Shown here: positions 19,950 to 29,982 of the stretch, piece by piece
How positions within the stretch are numbered: position 1 is the first letter of the stretch
Layout: each line of letters opens with the position of its first letter
Origin: an uncultured Clostridia bacterium
Lineage (GTDB): Bacteria > Bacillota > Clostridia > Lachnospirales > Lachnospiraceae
Length of the DNA: 64,000 nt
Assembly (NCBI GenBank): GCA_937895705.1
Contig: CALBKM010000011.1
Span: 1,874-65,873 of the forward strand
Direction of reading: 5' to 3'
Notes under the pieces: generated by a model
Seen by the model: the letters and a program-made list of their open reading frames with translations, nothing else
Databases searched by the model: none
Told to the model about the DNA's origin: nothing
Made by a program: the position numbers and the translations under genes

Positions 19950-21378
19950 AAAGTTACTATCAAATTCTTTTTTGTTTTTGGCTGCTCAGTTTGGTAGTAA
20001 GGTAATGATGTTGCTAGTGGTTCCTCTTTATACATACATCCTTACTACAAGTGAGTATGGAGCAATAGAGGTTTCAACTGCTACGTTAACAATAGCGGCA
20101 CCTTGTTACATGTTGTTGATATATGATGCAGTTCTTCGTTTCAACATGTCTGAGGATACAAACAAAAAGTGTGTGCTGACAAGTGCCTTGAAGGTTTTTC
20201 TTGGGGGGAGCGTTGTTGCATTAACAATAATACCGATTTTGCAAATAAGTAATTCGACCAGACAGTATGCGGGATATGTTTATTTATTGATTGTATCATA
20301 TAGCTTATTCTATATTTTCTCTCAGTTTGTAAAAGGCTTGAACTCGAAAGTTTTTTTGATGGGTGGGATTATCTATACATTTATTTTCTTGACAAGTAAT
20401 GTGTATTTGATTGCATTTTTGAAAAGGGGTGTAGAAGGGTATTTATTATCTCAGATAGTAGCTTACTTTCTTGCAACTCTGTATTGCGTTGTAAGAATGC
20501 GGGCATGGAGGTTTGTTGATTTTCGACTGAAGACCAAAAACATATCAAAACAGATGTTGAAATACTCTGTTTTACTTATACCAAATGCGCTTGTGTGGTG
20601 GGTTATTGCGTCTGCTAATAGATATTTTATTGAGGCTATAATCAGTGATGAGGCAAATGGAATATATGGAGTCGCAGCAAAAATACCAAATATTATTACT
20701 ATGGTGGGAACTATTTTTATACAAGCTTGGCAGTTGTCAGCAATTGAGGAGAAAGAAAGTAATGAAGATTTAGTAAGTAGAAAAAAATTTTTTACTAGCG
20801 TTTTTGATTTATATTCAGCGGTGTTAGTTATAGGCTCATCTATCCTTATTATGTTTTGTAAGCCGCTACTGTCAGTGTTGTCTACTGAGTTTTATGATGC
20901 GTGGAAGTATGTTCCTGTACTACTGTTAGCGTCGATATATATGATGTATGCACAGTATTGGAGTAGTTTGTTTGTTGCGGAAAAGAGTTCAAAGGAGCTT
21001 TCAAGTTCTTCAGTTATAGCGGGAATTACAAGTTTAATACTTAATTTTTGGCTTATTCCTCAATTCGGTTTGCTTGGTGCGACAATTGCATGCTTTATTA
21101 GTTGTTTTATTATGTGGGTTATTCGGATATATGCTGCACGAAAGTATAATATGATTAATGTTTCCTTCATCAGAGAATTGGTAGTTCTTGTTATCTTAAT
21201 TATTCAATGTGTTTTGGTTTTATTGTTAGCAAATCGGCTTGAAGTTTATGTAGTTAATATACTCCTTTTTGGAGTGATAATAATCATATATAGAAGGCAG
21301 ATGATAGCATCATGTCGTATGGTGAAGAGTGTTTTAGGAAAAATAAACAGAAGAAAAAAATATGAGCTGAATGATTAG
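19933..21378 (+). CDS. Wzx-type oligosaccharide flippase (MOP/polysaccharide biosynthesis protein family)
   Basis: Start MQSKYKKLLSNSFLFLAAQFGSKVMMLLVVPLYTYILTTSEYG, about 12-14 TM segments, AAAGGGGA RBS. Overlaps the upstream gene by 17 nt. Confidence 0.8.
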   Translation: MQSKYKKLLSNSFLFLAAQFGSKVMMLLVVPLYTYILTTSEYGAIEVSTATLTIAAPCYMLLIYDAVLRFNMSEDTNKKCVLTSALKVFLGGSVVALTIIPILQISNSTRQYAGYVYLLIVSYSLFYIFSQFVKGLNSKVFLMGGIIYTFIFLTSNVYLIAFLKRGVEGYLLSQIVAYFLATLYCVVRMRAWRFVDFRLKTKNISKQMLKYSVLLIPNALVWWVIASANRYFIEAIISDEANGIYGVAAKIPNIITMVGTIFIQAWQLSAIEEKESNEDLVSRKKFFTSVFDLYSAVLVIGSSILIMFCKPLLSVLSTEFYDAWKYVPVLLLASIYMMYAQYWSSLFVAEKSSKELSSSSVIAGITSLILNFWLIPQFGLLGATIACFISCFIMWVIRIYAARKYNMINVSFIRELVVLVILIIQCVLVLLLANRLEVYVVNILLFGVIIIIYRRQMIASCRMVKSVLGKINRRKKYELND

Positions 21379-21418
21379 TGAGGGAAAAGGTATTAGCAAA
21401 TAGGAGGATATTGTTAAC

Positions 21419-22585
21419 ATGACAAAAGTATTGATTACCGGAGGTGCCGGTTTTATAGGTAGTACCATTGTTAATCAATTGTCGGGTATGGGAGAATATG
21501 AGATTACGGTCTTAGACAGTATGAGTTCACAGATTCACGGAGAAGACTGGGAAAGTTCGTACCTGTACCAGAGTATCAAGGATAAATGTAGATTTATTCT
21601 GGGAGATGTGCGAAACTTTGCGGATGTGGAAAAAGCAATAAATGATAACGAGATTATCGTACATCTGGCGGCAGAAACAGGAACGGGTCAGTCGATGTAT
21701 CAGATTAATCGGTATAATGAAGTAAATGTAATGGGAACATCTAATTTATTTCAGGCATTGGTTTCAAATAAAAAAAACAAAGTAAAGAAGATGATATTGT
21801 CTTCTTCCAGGTCGGTATATGGAGAAGGGAAATACTATTGCAGTGAATGTGGGGAGGTCTATCCAAAGGGAAGATGTAGAGAGGCGATGCTGCTGAAAGA
21901 TTTTTCAATGTATTGTCCGAAATGCGGTACGGAAGTTGCGGTTGTTCCGACAACGGAAGACAGTCCGCTTCAGCCGAGTTCCTTGTATGCTTTTACTAAA
22001 GTTGCTCAAGAGAAAATGTTTGAGACGATGTGTCCGGCGTTAAATATTGAGTATACAATTTTTCGTTTTCAGAATGTCTATGGAGCAGGGCAATCGTTAA
22101 AAAATCCGTACACGGGCATTTTGTCGGTGTTTTCATCATTGATGTTAGATAATAAATCGGTAAATATTTTTGAAAATGGTCTGGAAAGCAGGGACTTTAT
22201 TCATGTGAGCGATATTGCGAGAGGTGTAATAGGTGCATTTGACAGTAAAGCAAGTAGCGGAGAAATTATTAACCTTGGAAGCGGTAAGGGTACTTCGGTT
22301 TTGGAGATAGCAAACTTTTTGAAAGAAAGATATGAGAGTTCAAGTGAATTAAATGTTACCGGGGACTTTAGAGTGGGAGACATTGCACACAATATAGCAG
22401 ATATTTCAAATGCTCGAAAGTCATTGATGTTTAATCCGAAAATTTCTTTACAGGAAGGTTTGTCAGAATTTTGTGACTGGGTACTTCAACAGGAAACGGA
22501 TAACAGTGGTTACAATGCATCGTTAGATGAAATGGAGAAAACAGGTATGTTTATTAGGAATCATCTAACGGAGCAAACCAGGTAA
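21419..22585 (+). CDS. NAD-dependent epimerase/dehydratase (extended SDR) carrying a CxxC...CxxC zinc-ribbon insertion
   Basis: [13 protein letters not shown]; SSSRSVYG; YAFTK (YxxxK). The insert is [35 protein letters not shown]. Confidence 0.8.
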   Translation: MTKVLITGGAGFIGSTIVNQLSGMGEYEITVLDSMSSQIHGEDWESSYLYQSIKDKCRFILGDVRNFADVEKAINDNEIIVHLAAETGTGQSMYQINRYNEVNVMGTSNLFQALVSNKKNKVKKMILSSSRSVYGEGKYYCSECGEVYPKGRCREAMLLKDFSMYCPKCGTEVAVVPTTEDSPLQPSSLYAFTKVAQEKMFETMCPALNIEYTIFRFQNVYGAGQSLKNPYTGILSVFSSLMLDNKSVNIFENGLESRDFIHVSDIARGVIGAFDSKASSGEIINLGSGKGTSVLEIANFLKERYESSSELNVTGDFRVGDIAHNIADISNARKSLMFNPKISLQEGLSEFCDWVLQQETDNSGYNASLDEMEKTGMFIRNHLTEQTR

Positions 22586-22622
22586 AATTTCGCATGATGG
22601 AAGATGCGGGAGGGAGATACGT

Positions 22623-23510
22623 ATGAAAGGCATTATTCTCGCCGGAGGAGCCGGCACAAGACTGTATCCGTTAACAATGGTAACATCGAAGCAATTGCTT
22701 CCGATTTATGATAAGCCGATGATATATTATCCGCTCTCGACATTAATGCTTGCGGGAATCAAGGATATTCTTATTATTTCCACCCCGACTGATTTGCCGA
22801 ATTTTGAACGCCTTCTTGGGAACGGAAGTCAATACGGTATTAAATTGTCCTACAAGGTGCAACCGTCGCCGGATGGACTTGCGCAAGCGTTTTTGTTGGG
22901 AGAGGAGTTTATCGGGAACGATGCCTGCGCAATGGTGCTTGGTGACAATATTTTTTATGGAAACGGCTTCGGAAAAACGTTACGTGCAGCGGCTGAAAAT
23001 GCCGAAAAGAATAATCGTGCGACAGTGTTTGGATACTATGTAAATGATCCGGAGCGCTTTGGCGTGGTGGAATTTGATGCAAACGGACAAGCAATTTCCA
23101 TTGAAGAGAAACCAAAGAGTCCGAAGAGCAATTATGCTGTAACCGGCTTATACTTTTATCCGGCAGGTGTTAGTGCAAAGGCAAAGGAAGTGAGACCGTC
23201 TGCCAGAGGCGAACTGGAGATTACAACATTGAACGAGATGTACCTCAATGGGAAAGCTTTGGATGTACAACTGTTGGGACGCGGATTTGCGTGGCTGGAT
23301 ACAGGAACTATGGACAGTCTTGCAGAGGCGACGGATTTTGTGCGAATGGTGCAGAACCGTCAGGGAATTCAGATTTCCGCACTGGAAGAGATTGCGTATA
23401 AGAACGGGTGGATTACAAAGAACGAGCTGATGATGTCTGCGGAGCGTTACGGCAAGTCACCGTACGGAGAGCATCTGAAGAAGGTTGCGGAAGGGAAGAT
23501 ACATTATTAG
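22623..23510 (+). CDS. rfbA: Glucose-1-phosphate thymidylyltransferase
   Basis: [46 protein letters not shown]... with full-length RmlA-like sequence. Confidence 0.96.
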   Translation: MKGIILAGGAGTRLYPLTMVTSKQLLPIYDKPMIYYPLSTLMLAGIKDILIISTPTDLPNFERLLGNGSQYGIKLSYKVQPSPDGLAQAFLLGEEFIGNDACAMVLGDNIFYGNGFGKTLRAAAENAEKNNRATVFGYYVNDPERFGVVEFDANGQAISIEEKPKSPKSNYAVTGLYFYPAGVSAKAKEVRPSARGELEITTLNEMYLNGKALDVQLLGRGFAWLDTGTMDSLAEATDFVRMVQNRQGIQISALEEIAYKNGWITKNELMMSAERYGKSPYGEHLKKVAEGKIHY

Positions 23511-23534
23511 GGTTATTATGCGAGGAGACCAGCT

Positions 23535-24560
23535 ATGAGTAAAACAATTCTTGTAACCGGCGGAGCCGGATTTATCGGTTCAAATTTTATATATCTTCTT
23601 TTGGAGGAGCGGCCGGAGTGGAAGGTAGTGTGTGTGGATGCTTTGACTTACGCGGCCAATATACATACGTTGAACGATGCAATGAAGAATCCTAACTTTG
23701 TGTTCTACAAGGAAGATATTCGTAATCGTGAAGGAATTTTCGAAATTTTTGAGAAGGAACATCCGGACTTTGTGGTGAATTTTGCTGCAGAGTCTCACGT
23801 GGATAGAAGTATTGAAAATCCGGGGGTTTTCCTTGAAACTAATATTCTCGGAACACAGGTGATGATGGATGCTTGTCGCAAGTATGGCGTAGAGCGTTTT
23901 CATCAGGTTGGTACGGACGAAGTATACGGTGATTTACCTTTGGATCGACCGGATTTGTTCTTTCATGAGGATACACCGATTCATACGTCTTCGCCGTATT
24001 CCACTTCTAAGGCGGCAGCGGACTTGCTTACAATGGCATACCACAGGACCTATGGTTTGCCGGTGACGATTTCTCGTTGCAGTAACAATTACGGTCCGTA
24101 TCAGTTCCCGGAGAAGTTGATTCCGCTTATGATTAATAATGCGTCTCAGAATAAGCCCCTTCCGGTGTACGGAGAAGGACTAAATGTCCGTGACTGGCTT
24201 TATGTAAAGGACCACTGCTATGGTATTCTTGCGGTACTCGAGAAAGGCAAGGTTGGCGAAATTTACAACCTTGGCGGCCATAATGAAAAGGCGAATATTG
24301 AGATTGTAAAGATTATTCTTGCAGAACTGGGAAAGCCGGAGAGTTTGATTACATATGTTGCTGATCGGAAAGGGCATGACCAGCGCTATGCAATCGACCC
24401 GTCTAAGGCAAATGCTGAGCTTGGTTGGGGACCGACCACCAAGTTCGCAGACGGTATCAAGTTGACGATTCAGTGGTATAAGGACCACATGGATTGGATG
24501 GAAGAGTGTACCTCGGGAGAATATGTGAAGTATTATGAGGAAATGTATGGGAAGAGGTAG
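23535..24560 (+). CDS. rfbB: dTDP-glucose 4,6-dehydratase
   Basis: [14 protein letters not shown]; FAAESHVDRSI; YSTSKAAADLL; RCSNNYGPYQFPEKLIPL. Confidence 0.96.
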   Translation: MSKTILVTGGAGFIGSNFIYLLLEERPEWKVVCVDALTYAANIHTLNDAMKNPNFVFYKEDIRNREGIFEIFEKEHPDFVVNFAAESHVDRSIENPGVFLETNILGTQVMMDACRKYGVERFHQVGTDEVYGDLPLDRPDLFFHEDTPIHTSSPYSTSKAAADLLTMAYHRTYGLPVTISRCSNNYGPYQFPEKLIPLMINNASQNKPLPVYGEGLNVRDWLYVKDHCYGILAVLEKGKVGEIYNLGGHNEKANIEIVKIILAELGKPESLITYVADRKGHDQRYAIDPSKANAELGWGPTTKFADGIKLTIQWYKDHMDWMEECTSGEYVKYYEEMYGKR

Positions 24561-24607
24561 TTTGTAGAGGGGATAAGCAGTTCTATCAAGTTTAATCAGC
24601 TGATTTT

Positions 24608-24634
24608 AGCCGACCTTCCCGGTCGGCTTTTTTA
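24608..24634 (+). terminator. Intrinsic terminator after rfbB
   Basis: Stem agccgacc/ggtcggct, loop ttcc, followed by T6. Confidence 0.8.
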
Positions 24635-24635
24635 T

Positions 24636-24664
24636 TTGCATTTCTCTCTAAAAAATGCTATGAT
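24636..24664 (+). promoter_or_regulatory. Putative sigma-A promoter of the second polysaccharide locus
   Basis: TTGCAT, 17-nt spacer, TGcTATGAT (extended -10). Confidence 0.45.
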
Positions 24665-24706
24665 ATGAATGGAGTAGTGTGCAAAAGACCGGAAGGATGA
24701 GATGCT

Positions 24707-26104
24707 ATGGATAAGCAGAAGTTTAAGCATAGATTGTGGCTGCGGATTGCAGTGTTGGTGAATTTTATATTGTTGACGGTTCCCTTTGCGGTTTGCTGGT
24801 ACGGGTATTATGCCGGTCGTATTACGATGGCGTATTATCGTTGGGGAAATGTCCTGGTGGTTGTTTTGTTTGCAGCGCTGTTTGTTATGTTCGGTCATAC
24901 TTATGACGCTTTTTCCGTGTCATACAATCAGATTCCCGAGATGGTCTACAGTCAAGGGATGGCAGTACTGTTTGCGGATACGGTTATGTATATCGTAATT
25001 TCGTTGTTGAGCTTGGGATTTGTGAACGTGGTACCGTTACTGCTGGCGTTGGTTGCTCAGTTGTTGTTTGCGGTTTTATGGGCAGTATTAACCAGACGAT
25101 TGTATTTTGCCACTTTTCCGCCGGAAAAGACTGCGGTAATTTATGAGGATGCGCAGGATATCGAAACTTTGATACGAAAGTCGGGCCTTGAAAAGAAGTT
25201 CGAAATCGTAAAGGCAGTTACGGCGACGGAATGTGTAAGCTACGGTATGGATACGTTAAAGGATATTGAGACTGTATTTGTATGTGGTGTAGACAGCCGG
25301 ACCCGCAATACAATTTTGAAGTTTTGTGTGGAACAGGATATCCGGATGTTTGTGTTGCCGAGAATCGGGGATGTGATTATGAGCGGAGCAAAGAAGCTTC
25401 ATATGTTCCGTATGCCGTTTTTGCAGGTGGAACGCTATAATCCTCCGGTGGAATATTTGTTGTTTAAGCGTGCGTTTGATATTGTAGCGGCCGGAGTCGG
25501 GGTGATTGTATTCTCCCCGGTGATGCTGTTGACAGCGCTTGCGGTAAAGCTTTGTGACGGTGGGCGGGTATTTTATAAACAGCGTCGTTTAACAAAGGAC
25601 GGAAAAGAGTTCATGATATTAAAATTCCGCAGTATGCGGGCAGATGCGGAGAAGGAAAGCGGCGCAAGATTGTCCAGCGGAGATGCGGATGAGCGAGTGA
25701 CTGCCGTGGGCCGGTTTATTCGTAAAGTAAGGATAGATGAATTGCCGCAGTTGTTTAATGTTTTAAAGGGTGACATGTCGATTGTCGGTCCGAGACCGGA
25801 ACGACCGGAGCTTGCTGCGCAGTATATGGAGACTTTGCCGGAGTTTAAATTACGACTGCAGGCAAAGGCAGGACTGACCGGATATGCGCAGGTGTATGGG
25901 AAGTATAATACGACGCCCTATGATAAGTTACAGATGGATTTGATGTATATTTCCAATCCGAACATTATTGAAGATTTGCGAATTATTATGGCGACGATAA
26001 AGATTTTGTTTTTGCCGGAAAGTACGGAAGGTGTTGAGGAAGAAGTAATCGCGACAAAGGAAGAAGATGCCGTAGCAAAGGAAGCGGAAAAAAAGGAACC
26101 GTAG
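24707..26104 (+). CDS. WbaP/CpsE-type polyprenyl glycosylphosphotransferase (large initiating sugar transferase)
   Basis: N-terminal multi-TM region plus a central Rossmann-like domain, then FYKQRRLTKDGKEFMILKFRSM, IDELPQLFNVLKGDMSIVGPRPERP and KAGLTGYAQV. Confidence 0.9.
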   Translation: MDKQKFKHRLWLRIAVLVNFILLTVPFAVCWYGYYAGRITMAYYRWGNVLVVVLFAALFVMFGHTYDAFSVSYNQIPEMVYSQGMAVLFADTVMYIVISLLSLGFVNVVPLLLALVAQLLFAVLWAVLTRRLYFATFPPEKTAVIYEDAQDIETLIRKSGLEKKFEIVKAVTATECVSYGMDTLKDIETVFVCGVDSRTRNTILKFCVEQDIRMFVLPRIGDVIMSGAKKLHMFRMPFLQVERYNPPVEYLLFKRAFDIVAAGVGVIVFSPVMLLTALAVKLCDGGRVFYKQRRLTKDGKEFMILKFRSMRADAEKESGARLSSGDADERVTAVGRFIRKVRIDELPQLFNVLKGDMSIVGPRPERPELAAQYMETLPEFKLRLQAKAGLTGYAQVYGKYNTTPYDKLQMDLMYISNPNIIEDLRIIMATIKILFLPESTEGVEEEVIATKEEDAVAKEAEKKEP

Positions 26105-26116
26105 AGGTGTAAGGTT

Positions 26117-27637
26117 ATGGAGAAGGATAACAGAAAACAGGCCATCGTACTGGGATATGTTCATACGATTCTGCATACGGTAATCGGTATCGTATATGTG
26201 CCGATTTTGTTGGGCTGTCTCGGAGAAAGTGCATACGGCTTGTATCAGATGGCATCCTCGGTGATAGCGTATTTGACGATTATCGAATCCACCCTGTCCG
26301 CTTCTGTGTTGCGCCAGTATACTTTGTATTTGGTCAAGGGAGACATGGACGGAACGGAACATGTACTTTATCTTTCACGTAAGATGTACCGCATTTTGTC
26401 GGGACTGATTGTCGGAGTCGCAATGGTGCTTGCAATAGGAATGTATTTCTTTTACAGAAACTCGTTGACGGCGCCGGAGTTAAGGGAGTTTTTCCTGATA
26501 TACGGTATTCTGGTAATCAATATTTTGGTTTCTGTAAATAATTATACCTATCTGGCGTGTATCAATGCCCATCAGCGGTTTGTGTTTTTGAAGGTATTAA
26601 GTTTGATTGTTCTGATACTGCAGCCCCTCGGAGTTCTTGCATTGCTGCAGATTGTGCCGTATGCCACGGTGATTGTGGCAGTGGAGCTTTGTTTGAATGT
26701 GATTGTAGCCGTTGTGAGATATCGTTACGCAAAAACAGAACTGAAGATAAAGGTGAGGAAGCACCCGGAGTACGGAGATGCTTTAATGAAGTCTATGTTG
26801 GTGTTTTCTGTCGGCACATTTTTGACTGTGGTAGCAGACCAGATATTTTGGAAAACGGATCAGATTATTTTGGGCAAAATGCAGGGTACCTCCGCAGTAG
26901 CGGTGTATTCGGTGGGAGTGCAGGTGTTTTACGCATTTATGGCACTTTCTTCCGGTGTCGGTGGCGTGTTATTGCCGACGATAGTGTCAAAGATAGAAAA
27001 GGAAGGTATGGCAGAGGTTGACGCGTTTTTTCGAAAGGTGGGCCGAATTCAGGGGTATATATTGGGCCTTATGTTAACCGGTTTTACTGTATTAGGCAGA
27101 AAGTTCATGTTGCTTTGGGTCGGAGAAGGTTATGAAGAAGCATATGTTGTTGCTGTTATGTTGATGTTCGCATATGCAATTGATATCATTCAGGGAACGG
27201 TAGGGATTTCAGTGTTGCAGGTGTTAAATAAGTATTCGTTCCGGGCAAAGTGTATGTTTACGATTGCGCTTATTAATATTGCTCTTACGGTAGCGGCAGT
27301 AAAGGTTTGGGGACTTGTGGGTGCGGCTGCGGCAACGGCAGTATCGATGTTGATCGGTTCCGGGCTGATTATGAATGTGTATTATCACAAAGTGATCGGA
27401 TTGAAGATCGGGCTGTTTTGGAAGGATATGGTAAAAATATTTTTGCTTTGGGGGATATGTATCGGGATAGGATACGGCGTTTCGTTCCTTTCCTTGAATC
27501 ATCTGTGGATTGACTTTTTGTTACAAGGGATTCTCTTTGTGGTGATTTATGCGGGACTGGCGTATTTCTTTGTGATGAATGAAAACGAGAAAGACCGGGT
27601 ACATGCACTGGTACGAAGGTTGAAGTGTAAGAAGTAG
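26117..27637 (+). CDS. Wzx-type oligosaccharide flippase (MOP superfamily)
   Basis: 506 aa and polytopic. The N-terminus ...LGESAYGLYQMASSVIAYL is typical of the flippase family. Confidence 0.75.
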   Translation: MEKDNRKQAIVLGYVHTILHTVIGIVYVPILLGCLGESAYGLYQMASSVIAYLTIIESTLSASVLRQYTLYLVKGDMDGTEHVLYLSRKMYRILSGLIVGVAMVLAIGMYFFYRNSLTAPELREFFLIYGILVINILVSVNNYTYLACINAHQRFVFLKVLSLIVLILQPLGVLALLQIVPYATVIVAVELCLNVIVAVVRYRYAKTELKIKVRKHPEYGDALMKSMLVFSVGTFLTVVADQIFWKTDQIILGKMQGTSAVAVYSVGVQVFYAFMALSSGVGGVLLPTIVSKIEKEGMAEVDAFFRKVGRIQGYILGLMLTGFTVLGRKFMLLWVGEGYEEAYVVAVMLMFAYAIDIIQGTVGISVLQVLNKYSFRAKCMFTIALINIALTVAAVKVWGLVGAAAATAVSMLIGSGLIMNVYYHKVIGLKIGLFWKDMVKIFLLWGICIGIGYGVSFLSLNHLWIDFLLQGILFVVIYAGLAYFFVMNENEKDRVHALVRRLKCKK

Positions 27638-27682
27638 AGTGGTTGTATTTCGGAGACCGCAATGTGTGAGGAGTACAAAAGG

Positions 27683-28816
27683 ATGAAAAAGGTTTTATTT
27701 GTTGCAACGGTAGTTAAGACACATATAATGGAGTTTCATGTACCGTATTTGCGGATGTTGAAGGAGATGGGCTGGGAAACGGCAGTAGCGGCCCGGAATG
27801 ATTATGAGAATCCGGAAGATTGTGTGATCCCGTATTGTGATGTATTTTATAATATTCCCTTTGAACGTTCTCCGTTACATACAAGCAATCGAAAGGCGTA
27901 TAAGGAGTTGAAGAACGTTATTGAGGACGGCGAATACGATTTGATTCACTGTCATACGCCGGTAGGTGCTATGCTGGCACGATTGGCGGCGAGAAGGAGT
28001 CGTAAAAGAGGAACCAAGGTTATTTATACGGCGCACGGGTTTCATTTTTTTCAAGGGGCGCCTTTAAAAAATTGGTTGTTGTATTATCCGGCGGAACGCT
28101 TTTTAGCAAGGTATACGGATGTTCTTGTGACCATTAATCGAGAGGATTTTGAGCGGGCAAAGAGGTTCCGAACCGGGAAAACGGTTTATATTCCGGGAGT
28201 GGGTATTGATACCCGGCGTTTTTCTGTTTCAGAGGAGCGCGGAAGAGAGAAACGCAAAGAACTCGGAATAAAAAAAGAGGAGTTTGTGCTTCTTTCGGTA
28301 GGAGAGTTGAACGAGAATAAAAATCATATGCTTATATTGCAAGCACTGAAGCACCTTAAGGAACAAGGAGTACTTGAGGGAATACGGTATTTGCTTTGCG
28401 GTAGCGGAGGCTCGGAGGCGCAATTAAAGGACATGGTGATGAGGTCGGGACTTTCGGAGTGTGTAACGTTTTTGGGGTATCGGTCAGATATTCCCGAGAT
28501 TTGCGGTGCCGGTGATTTGTTTTTGTTTATGTCCCTACGAGAGGGGCTTCCGGTGGCGTTGATGGAAGCCATGGCCGGCGGACTTCCTGTGGTATGTTCC
28601 GACATACGAGGGAACCGGGATTTGGTGGAAAACGGTGTGAACGGCTTTTTTGCGGAAATGAATGCGGAAGATGTGGCAACAATGATTTGTAAGCTACGGG
28701 AAAACGAGTCGTTGCGGAAGTCATTGGGAAGTAATGCAAAACAGCAGATAAAGCAGTTTGAGTTATGTAACGTGTTGGAAATGATGAAAGAGATTTATGT
28801 GAACGAAGCAACTTGA
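27683..28816 (+). CDS. Glycosyltransferase family 4
   Basis: MKKVLFVATVVKTHIMEFHVPYL; C-terminal FLFMSLREGLPVALMEAMAGGLPVVCSDIRGNRDLV. Confidence 0.85.
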   Translation: MKKVLFVATVVKTHIMEFHVPYLRMLKEMGWETAVAARNDYENPEDCVIPYCDVFYNIPFERSPLHTSNRKAYKELKNVIEDGEYDLIHCHTPVGAMLARLAARRSRKRGTKVIYTAHGFHFFQGAPLKNWLLYYPAERFLARYTDVLVTINREDFERAKRFRTGKTVYIPGVGIDTRRFSVSEERGREKRKELGIKKEEFVLLSVGELNENKNHMLILQALKHLKEQGVLEGIRYLLCGSGGSEAQLKDMVMRSGLSECVTFLGYRSDIPEICGAGDLFLFMSLREGLPVALMEAMAGGLPVVCSDIRGNRDLVENGVNGFFAEMNAEDVATMICKLRENESLRKSLGSNAKQQIKQFELCNVLEMMKEIYVNEAT

Positions 28817-28831
28817 ATTAGGGAGAACGGT

Positions 28832-29959
28832 ATGCGTATAGTGATGATTCGGTCAAATCCGGTGCGTCCGGATTCGCGTGTAGAAAAAGAAGCTGTTTCG
28901 CTGGTGGCGGGAGGTCACAAGGTGACGATTCTTTGTTGGGACAGAGACAGTAATCATAAAGCGACGTACGAAACCATAGAGGTAACCGGGATAGAGATAC
29001 CGATTGTGCGTATCGGCTATAAGGCGGAATTCGGTGCGGGGAAAAAGAGCCTTGTTCCTTTTATCAAATATCAGATGGCAATGATAGGTTGGTTAATAAA
29101 GAATCGAAAACAATATGATGTGATACATGCGTGTGATTTTGATATGGCTTGCTTTTCTTCTGTTGTGGCAAGGGTTTATAAGAAAAAATTCGTGTTTGAT
29201 ATTTTTGACTTTGTGGCAGGAGAGCCGAAAAATGTGTTTCAGCGTTTGGTTAAAAAAAGACAGTTTCGAATTATCAATAAAGCAGACGGAACTATTATTT
29301 GTACTGAGGACAGGAAACGTCAGATCGCAGGTGCAAAACCGCGAAGGTTGGAAGTGATTCACAACGCCCCGTTTGAAGAACAGATGAAACGGGAACGCAA
29401 GCCGTTTCGTAAGAACGCAGATAAAATAGCGGTGGCTTATGTCGGAATTTTGCAGGATTACAGACTGCTGAAGGAAATCGGAGCTTATTTTGAAAAACAT
29501 CCTGAGTATGAATGGCATGTGGGAGGCTTCGGAAAGTACCGCGAATATTTTGAGGACTTAGATAAAAAGAATGATAATATATTCTTTTACGGGCGAATTC
29601 CTTATGAAGATACTTTGGCATTGGAAGCAGAGTGCGATATTATGCTTGCCGTGTATGACCCGGCTATTGAAAACCACAGGTTTGCGGCACCGAATAAGTT
29701 TTATGAGGCGTTGATGCTGGGAAAGCCGGTAATGATGGTAAAGGGGACGGGGATGTCGGAAGTTGTTGAGAAAGAAGGAATCGGTTGCCTGATTGAGTAC
29801 AGTGAAAACGGGTTTTCCGAAGGTCTGCATGATTTGGTAAGAGAAAGAGAACGATGGAACGAGATGAAGAAAAAAATGCAATCGTTGTATCGGGCAGAAT
29901 ATAGCTGGGACCGAATGAAAGGACGTCTGTTAAAGTTGTATGATGAAATAGAAGAATAA
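28832..29959 (+). CDS. Glycosyltransferase family 4
   Basis: GT-B pattern, with NKFYEALMLGKPVMMVKGTGMSEVV near the C-terminus. Confidence 0.8.
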   Translation: MRIVMIRSNPVRPDSRVEKEAVSLVAGGHKVTILCWDRDSNHKATYETIEVTGIEIPIVRIGYKAEFGAGKKSLVPFIKYQMAMIGWLIKNRKQYDVIHACDFDMACFSSVVARVYKKKFVFDIFDFVAGEPKNVFQRLVKKRQFRIINKADGTIICTEDRKRQIAGAKPRRLEVIHNAPFEEQMKRERKPFRKNADKIAVAYVGILQDYRLLKEIGAYFEKHPEYEWHVGGFGKYREYFEDLDKKNDNIFFYGRIPYEDTLALEAECDIMLAVYDPAIENHRFAAPNKFYEALMLGKPVMMVKGTGMSEVVEKEGIGCLIEYSENGFSEGLHDLVRERERWNEMKKKMQSLYRAEYSWDRMKGRLLKLYDEIEE

Positions 29960-29982
29960 AGTGTGTGATGGCGGAGGTTGCA

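Noticed and set aside
26557-27021. 154-aa + strand ORF, and similar alternative-frame ORFs in GC-rich genes
   Set aside because: They are out-of-frame overlaps within the flippase gene. Their composition is Cys/Arg/Gly-rich, which is typical of off-frame translation.
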